This document shows positions 12,438-24,138 of a stretch of 64,000 nt of DNA, in pieces (position 1 is the first letter of the stretch; the number at the start of each line of letters is the position of its first letter). The stretch lies in the NCBI GenBank assembly GCA_053919585.1, contig CM132809.1; one strand, written 5' to 3'. This stretch comes from Euprymna scolopes. Its lineage: Eukaryota. The translations under genes and the position numbers were made by a program. The notes under the pieces are model-generated. The model saw nothing but the letters and a program-made list of their open reading frames with translations, searched no databases and was not told where the DNA came from.

Positions 12438-12823
12438 ACCACTTGGCCTTCGGGACAAGATCAAAGTGTAGTGTCTGTTCCGGCAGATGCTGCACTTAAG
12501 ATGATTTGTACCAGTCAATGGAGGGGAAACTCTCTATACTGGGACAATTATTATTTTTGGTAACCAGAGTGCCCCCTTTTTGCCTACTTTTAGGGGAGCT
12601 GGTTTTTACCTCACATTAAAAACGGCCTTGTGCCTAATTTGCTCAGTGGGGGAGCAAATAAATACCATCTGTTCTTCAGATGCTGCACTTCTATTTCTTG
12701 TTCTCTTTCGGTGGAGGAGAAATCCTTCAGGACTGAGACAATTTTTATTTTTGTACCTTTTCTTCACGTTAAAAAACGACCCTGGTGTCTAACTCTGTCC
12801 CGTGGGGAGGCATAGTAAATAGG
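12438..12823 (+). mobile_element. U2 snRNA-derived SINE-like element, dimer (unit A 12438-12666 plus 5'-truncated unit B 12667-12823)
   Basis: Head CTTGGCCTTCGGGACAAGATCAAAGTGTAGTGTCTGTTC matches the U2 5' end; perfect 17-bp TSD TACATTGCACTAGAGAA at 12421-12437 and 12824-12840. Confidence 0.88.
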
Positions 12824-13115
12824 TACATTGCACTAGAGAATTTACTAGTGATTTTATAAAATTATATTTATATATAATAGTTTGGATTTAAGTTTTAAAT
12901 GCAAAAGTTAAATGCTTCAATTGTGCTTTAAGCAGAAACATTCATTTCGATCGTGCCCCTTTCATATGAAAGAACCCAATATTTATTTTATATGTCTGGC
13001 CTTTTGACTTGTGTTGTAATAAAATTTCTCAAATACGCTTGTAGTGTTAGGCTATGTAAGGTGTTAACTTTGTTCAAAATCGCCTATTCCTTCTTTCATG
13101 GGATTTTTTCTATTA

Positions 13116-13553
13116 CTAGCATGGGTGCCCCGCGTTGCCCGGGTGTTTGGAGGTGTATGCTGAGCAAAAAAAAAAGGGTAAATTTTTTTTAATTTTGACC
13201 CCTTTTATGACCCCATAAATTTTATTATTTTGGACTCAAATCAAGTTATTAAGTTAGATCCATGTGCAAGGAACCTTTATTTAAAACTTTAAGTGTTTAG
13301 ACCCCAAATTGTTGGAGGAGTTTGGTAGAGTTCTCAAAGTTCAAATCGTTGATCGTTGACCCCTTAACAGCCAAATTTCAGGCCGTAAACGGATCACATA
13401 GATGTTTCCAAATCTCAGTACCCTGTATATCAAATTTCGAGTCTGTAGACTAAAAATTGACATAGTTATTTCGTAAGGAAATGTACGCAGTCACACAGAC
13501 ACACACATACACACACGGACACACAAACGCGCTCACTTTTATAGATATATAGA
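13116..13553 (-). mobile_element. Non-autonomous Helitron
   Basis: Minus strand starts TCTATATATCTATAAAAG, has a GT-rich tract, ends in a GC-rich hairpin then CTAG(T). Confidence 0.75.
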
Positions 13554-14379
13554 TAGATATGGAAGATATATATAGATAGATATGGAAGACATTCAAATAC
13601 AACACCTATCTAAGATCACTGACAGACACATAAATTATTTTTTTATATATAATGACTTGAATAAAAGTTTAAAATGCAAAAAGTACCCTGCTTCAGTTGT
13701 ACTCTAAACAAAAAAAAAAAACTAATTTCGAACGCGCCCCTGTCATATCAAAGAGCATACTTCTGATTTAATATTTCGAGCCTTCCAACTTGTGTGGCAA
13801 TAAATTTTCTCAAATGCATTTGTGATGTTAGACTGTGTAAGGTGTTAACTTTGATCAAAATCGTTTATTCCTTATTTTATTGGATTATTTCGATTATCGA
13901 CTATCGATACTTATCAAGACATTCCGATAGAAAAACTTATTTAAGCACACTACCAAGCTCAAAAGTAGCTCCGTGTAAAATGTCATAAAAATCGTCCCAC
14001 CCGTTTTTGAGTCCATAGGGAACGAACTCACACACAGACATACACAAACACACATACAAAGTTCATTTTATATAATAGTAAATTCTTTTTCATTTGTTAG
14101 TATTAACAACTGTGATTTTTATTTTTGTTACAATTCTCTTAAAGATAGTCTTTACATTGGTTTAATCTATTCTAATATCTTTAAAAGCTAAACAACATAA
14201 AACATATACGCAACGATAATTTAAATAAAATCCATGAATTATTTTATTTTCGGTAGATTCGCCTTATATACGTAATTTAATTGTATTTAGTAAAAAAGAA
14301 AACATACGATTCTAGAATCAAACTTATTGGCATCAGTTTCAACTGAAGGATGCACTGATCTATATTAAAATTATATTCT

Positions 14380-14777
14380 CAAAGTGAAAACTCCTCCGTG
14401 TATGAAGAGTCCAGTTTAGAAGTATTGTTCATCCACCCAGCGTGGCTGCAGCCAAGATTGAACTCACTACACGAGTTTGTAGTGTAATTCAAATCTGTCG
14501 GTAGCTGAATAATTGATGTTTCGCCAGGACTATCAAGGGTACGTTTTCATCGTGACCCCATTACTAGATTGAGTGCCTACCACGGCTTAAGAGAGTCCGA
14601 TCAACCCTCAAGAGAAGGATGGATCGCGCCAGTTTCACAACCTGGTATTTTACCTCGCAGTACATACAGCGCCTCGACTTCCCAAATGTTCACCCATCTG
14701 GTACTGGGCAGGCTCAGCGTTGCTTAACTTCGGTGATCTGATGAGAACCGGTGTGTCAACGTAAATTGTGCCGTATT
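14380..14777 (-). mobile_element. 5S rRNA-headed SINE (SINE3-like) with Deu/Nin-like core
   Basis: Near full-length 5S-like head 14663-14777; body blocks CCATCCTTC, GACTCTCT, GGCACT, AGTAATGGGGT, GTCCTGGCGAAA in Deu-domain order; 3' boundary approximate. Confidence 0.7.
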
Positions 14778-15117
14778 GAAAGAGGCACTGTACTTTTTGA
14801 TATTGCGTGTGAAAGGAAGTTTACGGAAGAAGGACATGCAAAGAATGTTAGAAAGAAATCTCCATGGGTGGAGGAAGTAATTTCTGTGGTCATCTGGAAA
14901 AAAGCGGACTCAGTTTGTTAGTTTTAAAAAATTTCATTGTTCACAAGAAAACGGCAAATGCCGAAAATGATTATAGTTAATTTCGTCTGAAACGGAAATC
15001 CACATTTAGGTTCCCTAAATGAAAAGGAAATACTCCAAAGAAATATTGCAAGAGAGAAATAGTGAAGGAAATAATTGGATTAAAAAAATGTAAGCAATCT
15101 ACGCAATTTTCTTACAG

Positions 15118-15162
<45 letters not shown>

Positions 15163-15194
15163 TTTTTTTACTATAATAATTAAATACCTACATA

Positions 15195-15353
15195 GTAATT
15201 TATAAAATATATATGGCGATTAAGCTACACTGAATATTCCGCGTTTCATCCATCCACTCTAGGACTCATCAGCATAAGCCTGAGGAGTCCTAAAGTGGAT
15301 AAAACGCGGAATTTTCATTGTAGCTTAATCGCCATATATATTTTATAAATTAC
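15195..15353. repeat. Near-perfect ~160-bp palindrome made of two divergently oriented hammerhead-like motifs
   Basis: Minus arm CTGATGA-GTCC..GGAT-GAAACGCG; plus arm CTGAGGA-GTCC..GGAT-AAAACGCG; single arm also at 24140-24200. Confidence 0.8.
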
Positions 15354-15625
15354 TGTTGTGGAGACGCCCACTCATTAGCATACGTGGGTGAAAAGATATA
15401 GATAAAGGTATCAAGTCAGCAAGACCGGGGAGCTGTGTTCGAACGTCGGATAGGCAAGGCGCATGTGCCGGTTGCTCCATAAAAAAATTTAACACGCCCT
15501 CTGCCGGACAATCGTCCAACTGCAGTACAACTGTACCTTTGTAAATATGTATTATCTTTCCGTCTTAATATATTTGTTTTACCTTTACTTTCTGCGTTCG
15601 TGTTGTTATTGATACAGACACAACA
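15354..15625 (+). mobile_element. Solo LTR, 272 bp
   Basis: TGTTGTG...CACAACA inverted termini; perfect 5-bp TSD ATTAC; strand tentative. Confidence 0.85.
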
Positions 15626-15734
15626 ATTACTAACTAGCTCTACCTACGTATTGAGCACTTTTGAAGTAAATACTTAAAGTTTACGCATAAATCTATACTT
15701 TCGTAAATTAATTTTACGTGAGTAAATTAAGTAG

Positions 15735-15781
<47 letters not shown>

Positions 15782-17097
15782 GATATTTGGAAAAAAGTAA
15801 AAGATTTGAAGGAAGCTAATTTGGCTTGTTTTTATCTTGTTTTATGACATATAATCCTTTTTCAGGTTACCTGATATCGAATCCGGTCATTTTGGTAAAA
15901 AGATTTTTATGCTGTAAGATTTTATATTTTCAAATATTTATTCATGTTTAGTTGTCCTTCAGGGGAAAAAATTGTTGTTTTTGTTTTTGACTTTACGAAA
16001 CATGATTGAGTTTTGCAAACGAAAGGAATCTAAAATAAAAAAAATTCTAAAATAGATTGGATAATAAGAAGTGGAAAATGACAACTATGATTGCCGTATC
16101 ATGCAGCACGAGACGATAGTACTTATTAGAATTGTATTGCAAAATAGTGTTATGATAGAACAATTCTTTGTACCCCAGTAGAATAATTGAACACCGTTTC
16201 ATCACGTAAGCAGTTGTTGAGTCGTGTCGTGTAAGCAACACGTAGCAGTAGTCGACGTCACATTAGAGTTGCCCTTTTTTTCTCTTTTCTTTTGTAACAG
16301 CCAACTTTTCCTGTTTAAGAACAGCATGAAACAAGTTGTTAACTATTTGAACTTCATTTGAAGTTTAGAAATGCATTCGAGAATGTTCTTTGACTTGTAT
16401 AGTATACCTGGTGCTATGTGGTCCTTTCTTTCAACTTATTTATAATATGAGAAGCACTGTCTCAAACACGCTCGCTCCCTTTCGCGACTCAAACATGAAA
16501 TAAAGATTTATCAGCTTTTCTGCTGTTTGCGACTGAACCTTCTGAAAACGTTGTAATCATTCTGATCTCTAATTTCTAGTGGAATTTTCCCACTTTTTTT
16601 TAAATTAATCTAATTTTGTGTGGAAAATCCCGTTTTTTACATTAATCCTACTTCCAATATTTTTAAGAGCATTTTAAAAATCAGTTTGCTACAATACATA
16701 AAATACATATAAATCTACTTATTTATAAATAAAGTAGTTATTCATGGCTTCGTATTTAGCCATCCCTACGGATTATAAGCGTGGCTAACATGATCCGAAA
16801 CCACGACCATCAAACCTGTAGTAGGGTGAGCTAACCTGGACGAGAGTAGTACTAATTTATCGTTTATCAATTTATGCTACGCAATATATTTAAGATTTAT
16901 ACAAGATGTACCCGTCTCTGTTCATGGCAGAACTTTGCGTGCTTTTCTGTAATCATATCGCTACGGAATAAAAGCGCCTTATCTTGTTTGAAATATGGTA
17001 GGCACTCTATATTTCATGAACTCAGAAGATTTCGGAACATTTTCAAAACTATGAAATTTTTACCAATAATTTTTCATTCATGTGTCACTACCATCTT

Positions 17098-17325
17098 TGG
17101 TCCTGAATATGACCTTAAACTATATCCCATGGTGAGGTCCCAGCTTGCGGGTTTTGGAGAGTGTGGAGCCACACTTTAATTGCCATTGCTCCCATGTCCA
17201 CTTTGGCCCGGTGTGGTAATATTTGTTACGGTCCCAACTATGGGTTAAATAGAAACCGACTTGAAAAAATATATATTCTATTAAAAAGTTTTTCTTCAAA
17301 ATAACTGGATTCGGCATTAATAAAC
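17098..17325 (-). repeat. Interspersed SINE-like repeat, unclassified
   Basis: Homologous to 27994-28210, 41510-41782 and 50103-50362 (core ACTACCACTCCGGGTCAGAGTGGACCTGGGAGCAATGG). Confidence 0.8.
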
Positions 17326-17825
17326 CGCCATTGTGCTGTGCGTTCTGTAGTGGTTCCTGCGCCAAATTCTTCGTTTATATCGCGACCTGTTTCAGCAGCT
17401 TATTGACCTAGGTTAAATCGAAATAAGGAAATTGTGCGAGTTTGCTTTTTTGCTATCTTGTATTCAACGTTCTGAAAAGAAGACATAATGGTTTTAAAAC
17501 AATTGTAATATAAATGATTAGATAAAGCGAAAAACGCTCTTTAAAATGATTTATGAAGTAAAAATATTATTAAGAAAACTTATTTGAAAATACATCATTT
17601 GAAATCAAAATTTAAAATTCCGCAAGACTTTTCTTGTCAACGTAATTATTTAAAACTGAATCATTTTAATCCACGAGGTAAAAGTTTTGATTTTATGTTA
17701 AAATCGCGTGTGGTGAGGATCAAATTTTTAATCTTGCGATTATGGACTCGGTTAATTCTATCCTTCATTTCTTTCTCTTTTCTTCACAATTCTTCTTTGA
17801 ATTTCTTTCTCTATATTCACGCGCG

Positions 17826-18209
17826 TTTTTTTTTTTACATGGAGTTCACCACTTATCAAGGCCCAATGGCCACTCGGGGATAAGGGTTATTGTGTGTACA
17901 GTAATAATTGGATAGTGTAGTAATATTACTGGAGAATTGATAAAGTATCATTACTTAAGGGGGCGGTTCATCAGGAATTTGTTTGTGTTGGACTTGAAGA
18001 CATCCAGGTTGAAGTCGGGAGGGAAACAGGCAAGCGGAACAGAGTTCCACAGGCGTGCAGTTCTAAGAAAGAAGCTTTGTTCATGGAATCTACGTTTTGA
18101 TTTAGGCACAGATAGGGAGTGGGGGAAATTATTGACGGTGGTTTCAGCTCGTCGGGTGTTTTTTTGAAAAAGATTGGCGAGGGGGCACCAGAGAATGGAG
18201 CTCAGACGT
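17826..18209 (-). mobile_element. CR1/L2-group LINE 3' fragment
   Basis: Conserved 3' end and poly(A); similar to 42839-43402. Confidence 0.85.
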
Positions 18210-20109
18210 CTTCTGTTTCTTTTCTTAATTTCAGAATTTTTTCCGTTTCCAATTCATTAATTCTTTCATATCGATTTCTCCATCTCTTCACTTTTCCCCG
18301 TTTCCATTTTTTTCGTTATTTCTTTCTATTGTATTTCTTTCTGCGTTTGTTTCTATCCTTTTTTATTTCTTCATTATTTCTTCTTGTTTTGCTCGAAAGG
18401 ATTTCCCAGATCCTTTTCGCTTCTTTGTTCTTATTGCCTCTTCTTGTTATTTCACATAGATTTACACAATACCGATTCCCAACCAACAGGAGATATCTTT
18501 AATGAACCAGTCGCCATAAAAAACAAAAAAACTGTGCGTTGTTCTACTTGAATGCTGACCACAGGCGAGCGGCCACATCCTGATGCAACGCTCTTTTCTG
18601 GCTTCCATCTAGTCATTTCCTATTTGCTTATTCACTCATAAAAACATGGCGGAAATTTGTACAGTTTTACAAATGTTATATTTTCACTTACCGATACGTG
18701 TGAAAAAAAAACATTACACACCCGTTGACAACACAGTTTCTATTTAACCACTCATTTACCAATATTCAATCATATATATATATAAAAGGTCGCTTATAAA
18801 GAAAAACAGTTGCAGAAAAAAATCAGAGACATGCTTCACTTTCGTACGTGTGTGTGAGAGAAAAAAAGGGAGAGAGCGCAAAAAACAGATAGATATATGA
18901 AAAGCGTGTCTCGCTATATCTAGTTATACTGTGCACGTCCGCTCCTCATTAAGTACGACGCCATGGACACCTTAACTCAGCTTGAAATGTCGTCATAAAA
19001 GAGATAGAAAATTTCCGTTCGGAAGTCACGTGTTTACGTCGACTTCCCTGTTGGAGTTACCTATAAGCATTAAGTGTCACTCAAACTTTTGTACTAAAAA
19101 ATAACCCTTTTCATGCAGCTAAGCTTGAAGAACTGTTTTTAGAATATCTCATATTTTTCATTTTCATTCAATGAAGAAAATTAAAATAAATGAAAAGGTA
19201 TTAGCGACACGAACTGGGAGGATAGGTGTATAAAGTTCGAATCGAGTGTAACAGGTGCAGACCCCGGAGTTGTATCCTGGCCAAACGGCAGCAAATGTAG
19301 TAGGTGAAGACTCTAAAGTGTTCACCGGAACACCCACAAAGAACGGTTGCGTAGCCTTGATCGCCTATACGTTGACGGGGTTAGATGCGCGATTCATATT
19401 ATTCCCCATTTCATCAGTGGTCCGTCGAACAAAGAACAAAAAATTCCAAAATAGAAAAAAACAAAAAAACAATAGAAAACAACCCAGGTCTCAATGGAAA
19501 TAGGAGTGTCATGGGCCACAGTCTGTAACTGGCGTCAGGTTTGTCGTTCTTTTTCTACTTGCTATCTATTGAAAGAAATTAGCTCAAACATACGGTGTTC
19601 TTATGGTATTTGAGTCACGAATTCCGTAGGCAACGAATAAAATTAAACTCCATTTGTCAATTCTTGTTTTTATAAGGATTAATTATACAATAAACTGAAT
19701 ACAGTATTTGCTATTATACAGTGAAGTTAAATGAAAAAAATGCAATTTTCCTTTTGTTTTTCAACAACGCAGAAATTTAGTAGAAATATAGAATGTCGCG
19801 TGAACAGTTTGCTAAAAAACAAACAAAAAACAAAAAAAAAACACACATTTGCGACGCACAGTTGTTCCCTTTCCTATTTCCTTCTTCTTCCTCATCTTCT
19901 TCTTCTTCTTCTTTTTCTTCTTCTTCTTCTTCTTCTTCTTCTCTCTCTTTCTCTCTCTCGATCAGTGAGCGTGAGGAGTGTGATGTGGGTGGAGGTGCAC
20001 TCAGACTCAACTCCTTAAACCACTGCTCTCAACTCAACTCAACTCAACTAAACTCAATTCAACAGCCAAAACTCGCTCCTGCTCCTGCACACCTTCTTAT
20101 AGGACAGTT

Positions 20110-21550
20110 GTAGAATGGCTTTCGGAATTTGAGTCTGGGCGTATCTTGGGCATCTTTTAAAATATGTTAGATAGGTAAGTCCCTGGTGTTCTCCTCAACA
20201 TTTTGAGTCCATTCCTAAATTGCCTCTTCCCTCCTTATGTGAGGTGGTGCGATTGAGCTTTTTATTGTGTTGGGGTTAAGTTAACACATCATGAGGTCAT
20301 ACGCATGGTTTTTCGGAATATTTTGTGAATTGGTCTTATGTGTTGGCTCCGAGACCATGCTGGGGCGCAGTATTCTTCAGCATTGTAGCAGAGTCCAAAC
20401 TGCTCTTGTTCTGTGGACTCTTTGGGAAGCTCCCCATCACGTTCGTGCAACTTTCTTTAGGAGCTTGTTTCTTTTGGCAATCTTATTTGCAGCCTCCCCC
20501 CCCCCAAGCTGCGTCTGATAGAAGAGCGTTCTATCAAGGGTGATTCCCAGATAATTGGAGACCAGGGAGGATGACTGCTTCGCCAGCTTTAATCTGTAGG
20601 GTTGGTCTGGCCTCGAGGTTGTTGAGATGTAAGACTGATGTAACTGTCTTTTTGGTGTTCATCCTTAAGTATCCCTTGTCAAAGAAGTCCTCAATCAGAG
20701 TCGTTTCCAGTTTCTTCCAGCTGTCTGATTGATGAGCCAACAGCTAGTAATCTGCGTATCCCGACTTTATTAAGCTAGATGTGGGCATGTCGCTGATGTA
20801 GATGTTAAAGAGTGTTGGGGCAAGTACTGAGACTTAGGGAGCCCCCTTTTTAATTCTTATGGTCTTGCTCTTATCGTCTCCCAGAATCACATGATTGTGT
20901 CTGGTTCCCGCCTTTTTTTGCAAGCAAATGTAATGTCTTTCTACACAGGATGGCCTCCACGAGTTTGAACTTGAGCCATCCTGTCCAAACAGTTGTACGC
21001 TGCAGAAAAGTCGATGAGGACTGTTCCAGTTTTCAGCCAGTTTTCGTAGCCCGCCTCTGCGTATGATGTGAGGGAGATAACGTTCTCTGTAGTACTTCTC
21101 TTCTGCCTGAAGTCTCTTTGTTTTTTAGGGATGTGTGTATCCAGAAAAAGAGTCAGCCTGGTGAGGGTGATTCTCTCTAGTAGTTTATAGAGAAAGCATA
21201 AAAGGAGATAAGCTTGTAGCTTGCTAAGCCATCAGCCGGTTTTCCGGGCTTGAGAATCGCAATTACTTTAGCTTGTTTCCAGTTGGGTAATCTACTGTGT
21301 CAATAATATTAGTCATTGCATCAGCGAGCCTTTTTATAGCCTTCGGTCTGAGGTGGGTGATCATATTGAGAAAGATCCCGTCGACACCTGCAGCTTTGCC
21401 ATTTTGTATGTCTGTGGGTATTATGAGTGCAATCCGAGTAGGGTTCTCCGCTGGTGTCGTTCGTAGGATATAAGATCCTTCCTGATAGGTCTCTTAAAGT
21501 TGTGGTCTGGGATGTGTTGCCTCTTTGACTTGTATGTCGGCTGAATCTAG
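20110..21550 (-). pseudogene. Degraded non-LTR retrotransposon reverse transcriptase, Ingi/Vingi-like
   Basis: Minus-strand translations: NGKAAGVDGI, WKQAKVIAILKPGKP, GTVLIDFSAAY, SVLAPTLFNIYISDMP, YAD, KTVTSVLHLNN, EYCAPAWSRS; many stops and frameshifts. Confidence 0.85.
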
Positions 21551-21682
21551 TATTGTCAAGATTCTCTACTACATTTACTATTACGCTAAACTCTAAACGT
21601 AATTAATCTTAATTCACTATTAATCTCAAACCCACAATTATTTGCTGTTAATTTACTATTACTCTCATCACCAAACTTGTTT

Positions 21683-22622
21683 ACTACGTGTATTTCTGCC
21701 CGGCTTTGCTCGAACCCTTTGTACTGTTTATGACTTATGTGTGAATATATTTTATGTTAAATTTCAAATGTTTACACAAAAAATTGTCTGAGTAATTTCG
21801 TAGAGACAGCAAAGGTAAATTTTTTAAACTTTGACCCCAATTTTGACTCCTTCACATTTTCGGTTTCAAATACGAATAAAAATTTGATCCGTGTCGAAGT
21901 TACCTACATCTAAAATTTCAAGTGTTTAAACCCGTAATTGGCGGAGGAGTTAGTAGAGTCTGCAAAGGTCAACTCTTTAAACTTTTACGTTTTGCCAGCC
22001 AAATTGGCGCCCTAAAACATATTAAAATGCTTGCCGTATGTCTGATTATCCGTTATGCATAGATTTCAAATGTTTAGCCCCAAAATTGGCTGAGTAGTTT
22101 GCTAGACACCGCAAAAGTAAAATCTTTTAAACTTTTACCCCTTGGCAGCTGAAAATTCCGACCCAAACCGATTAAAAAGCTTGCCCTATCTATGAATAGT
22201 CTTTATGTAAAATTTCAAATGTTTAAACCAGCAATTGACTGATGTTATTTGGTAGAGACCGCAGAGGTCAATTTTTTAAGTTTGACCCCAATTTTGACCT
22301 CTTAACATTCATTTTTTTAAAACTCAAATCAAATTAAAAAATTTAATCCATTTTCAAATAAGCTACATTTAAAATTTCAAGTGTTTAGACCCAAAATTGA
22401 CGGAGAAGTTTTGTACAGTTTTCAAAGGACAGATCGTTGAACTTTGACCCCTTGACAGTCAAATTTATGGCCGAAAACAGATTAAAACGATTTTACCAAA
22501 TCTCGATACTGCTTATGTCAAATCTCGAGTGCCTAAACCGAAAATTTTATAAAGTTATTTCGTAGGGAAATGTACACAGATACACACTAGCACACAGACA
22601 GACACAGACAGACATTTTCACT

Positions 22623-22630
<8 letters not shown>
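21683..22630 (-). mobile_element. Non-autonomous Helitron-like element related to 13116-13553
   Basis: Shares internal TTTGACCCC / CAAGTGTTTAGACCC sub-repeats and CA-rich end; degenerate 3' hairpin. Confidence 0.6.
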
Positions 22631-22693
<63 letters not shown>

Positions 22694-22724
22694 GATGCTT
22701 CCACAAAGTCTGGTTACATAATGT

Positions 22725-22850
22725 AGTAATCTAGGGGCATGCATTTTTCGAAGCCCTTCTTCTCCTCAGTGTAACTTGTCTCTTTAGGAATCGAACCCCA
22801 AACTATCTATATATGGCCAGTGTGTTATCCGTTACATTACTGAGTCCTAG
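22725..22850 (-). mobile_element. tRNA-like head followed by hammerhead motif
   Basis: Minus strand: TAATGTAACGG (A-box-like), GGTTCGATTCC (B-box), then CTGAGGA-GAAG-aaggg-CTTC-GAAA-AATGCATG. Confidence 0.7.
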
Positions 22851-22944
22851 AGAATTGGACTGTTATTTTTTCATTTATAAACTAATATAGATATCGCTTT
22901 GATTTTTTAAACGATAATGCGGTTAAATAGCGTCTTCACATTGA

Positions 22945-22995
<51 letters not shown>

Positions 22996-23047
22996 GGTGT
23001 ATATAATTATGTTATCAACAAATAATATATATATATGTATATGCATA

Positions 23048-23153
23048 TATAGCAAATTATAGTGATTCAATGAAATTTAAAATATCCTTTATTCAAATCA
23101 AACTATTTGAATAAAGGGTTTTTTAAATTTCATTGAATCACTATAATTTGCTT
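23048..23153. repeat. Palindrome; one arm also at 11970-12028
   Basis: AGCAAATTATAGTGATTCAATGAAATTT...AAATTTCATTGAATCACTATAATTTGCT. Confidence 0.75.
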
Positions 23154-23289
23154 TATTTGCTCTATCCTGTATATTGAGCAATTCCTATTTATTTATTTGA
23201 TACATAGAATATTACGACCAGTAATATTTTGTAAATCTTATAGTCACAAGTTTCAGTACCAGCTTATTGTTGGATAAATCTATTCGGAA

Positions 23290-23352
<63 letters not shown>

Positions 23353-23355
<3 letters not shown>

Positions 23356-24077
23356 GCAAAAGTAACCGTCGTTGACTGGGTTCAAAAACAGGCGACAGAA
23401 AATGGACTCTGGTTTATGAAACTATGATAGGTTATGAAAAGGAAGGGTTGTAAAGAGATAGCTTCGAATTTAGGGGTATCAAAACCAAAGCAAAATATGA
23501 TGAAAGTAAAAAAATAAAAATAGATAAACCCTATAATTTATTATATCATACCTGTTCATATTTAAACACTTATCACAATATTCTGTGGATCTATAGTAAA
23601 ACACCTTGTTAAACTTTGTGACATGTTTCTATTCTATGGAGGTCAGGTGCGGACGAACACCCCATAATTATATTATACCATATTTCTTCAAACTGAAACA
23701 TAATTATCAAAGTATACTTACGCAAATAGATATGAAAAGTCTTTATTAAAGTTTGTGCCTATTTCCATTCCATGGAGGCCAGGCGCGAACGCAGACCCCA
23801 CAATTTTATTATACCATCCCTATTTAAGTAAAAACATACTTATCAAAGTATTCTTATGTACATCTATATCAAAAACACTTGTAAACGTTTTTTTATTAAT
23901 TTTTTAATTTTTAATTTCTATACTTTGTAGACTAGGCGCGAACGCAGACCCCACACTTTTAATGAACTACCGTACTGCCAGATCAAACATTCCCATTCCT
24001 GTGTCTTGATGCATCTTCTATCATTATATGTAATCAGTTTTCTTTAAATAGCCAACTATATAGGAGCCTATTCGTGA

Positions 24078-24123
<46 letters not shown>

Positions 24124-24138
24124 TCAGCTTTATATATA
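23353..24138 (-). mobile_element. Non-autonomous Helitron, ~750-bp family with internal ~140-bp sub-repeats
   Basis: Same family as 39133-39858 and 50507-51225; 3' CCCAGTCAACGA...TTTTGCTAG(T). Confidence 0.85.

Noticed and set aside
19200-19400. Possible tRNA-SINE (GTTCGAATC box)
   Set aside because: No convincing A box, TSD or second copy in the window
19731-20113. ORFs with poly-S, poly-E or poly-L tracts
   Set aside because: Translations of (TTC)n and (TC)n microsatellites
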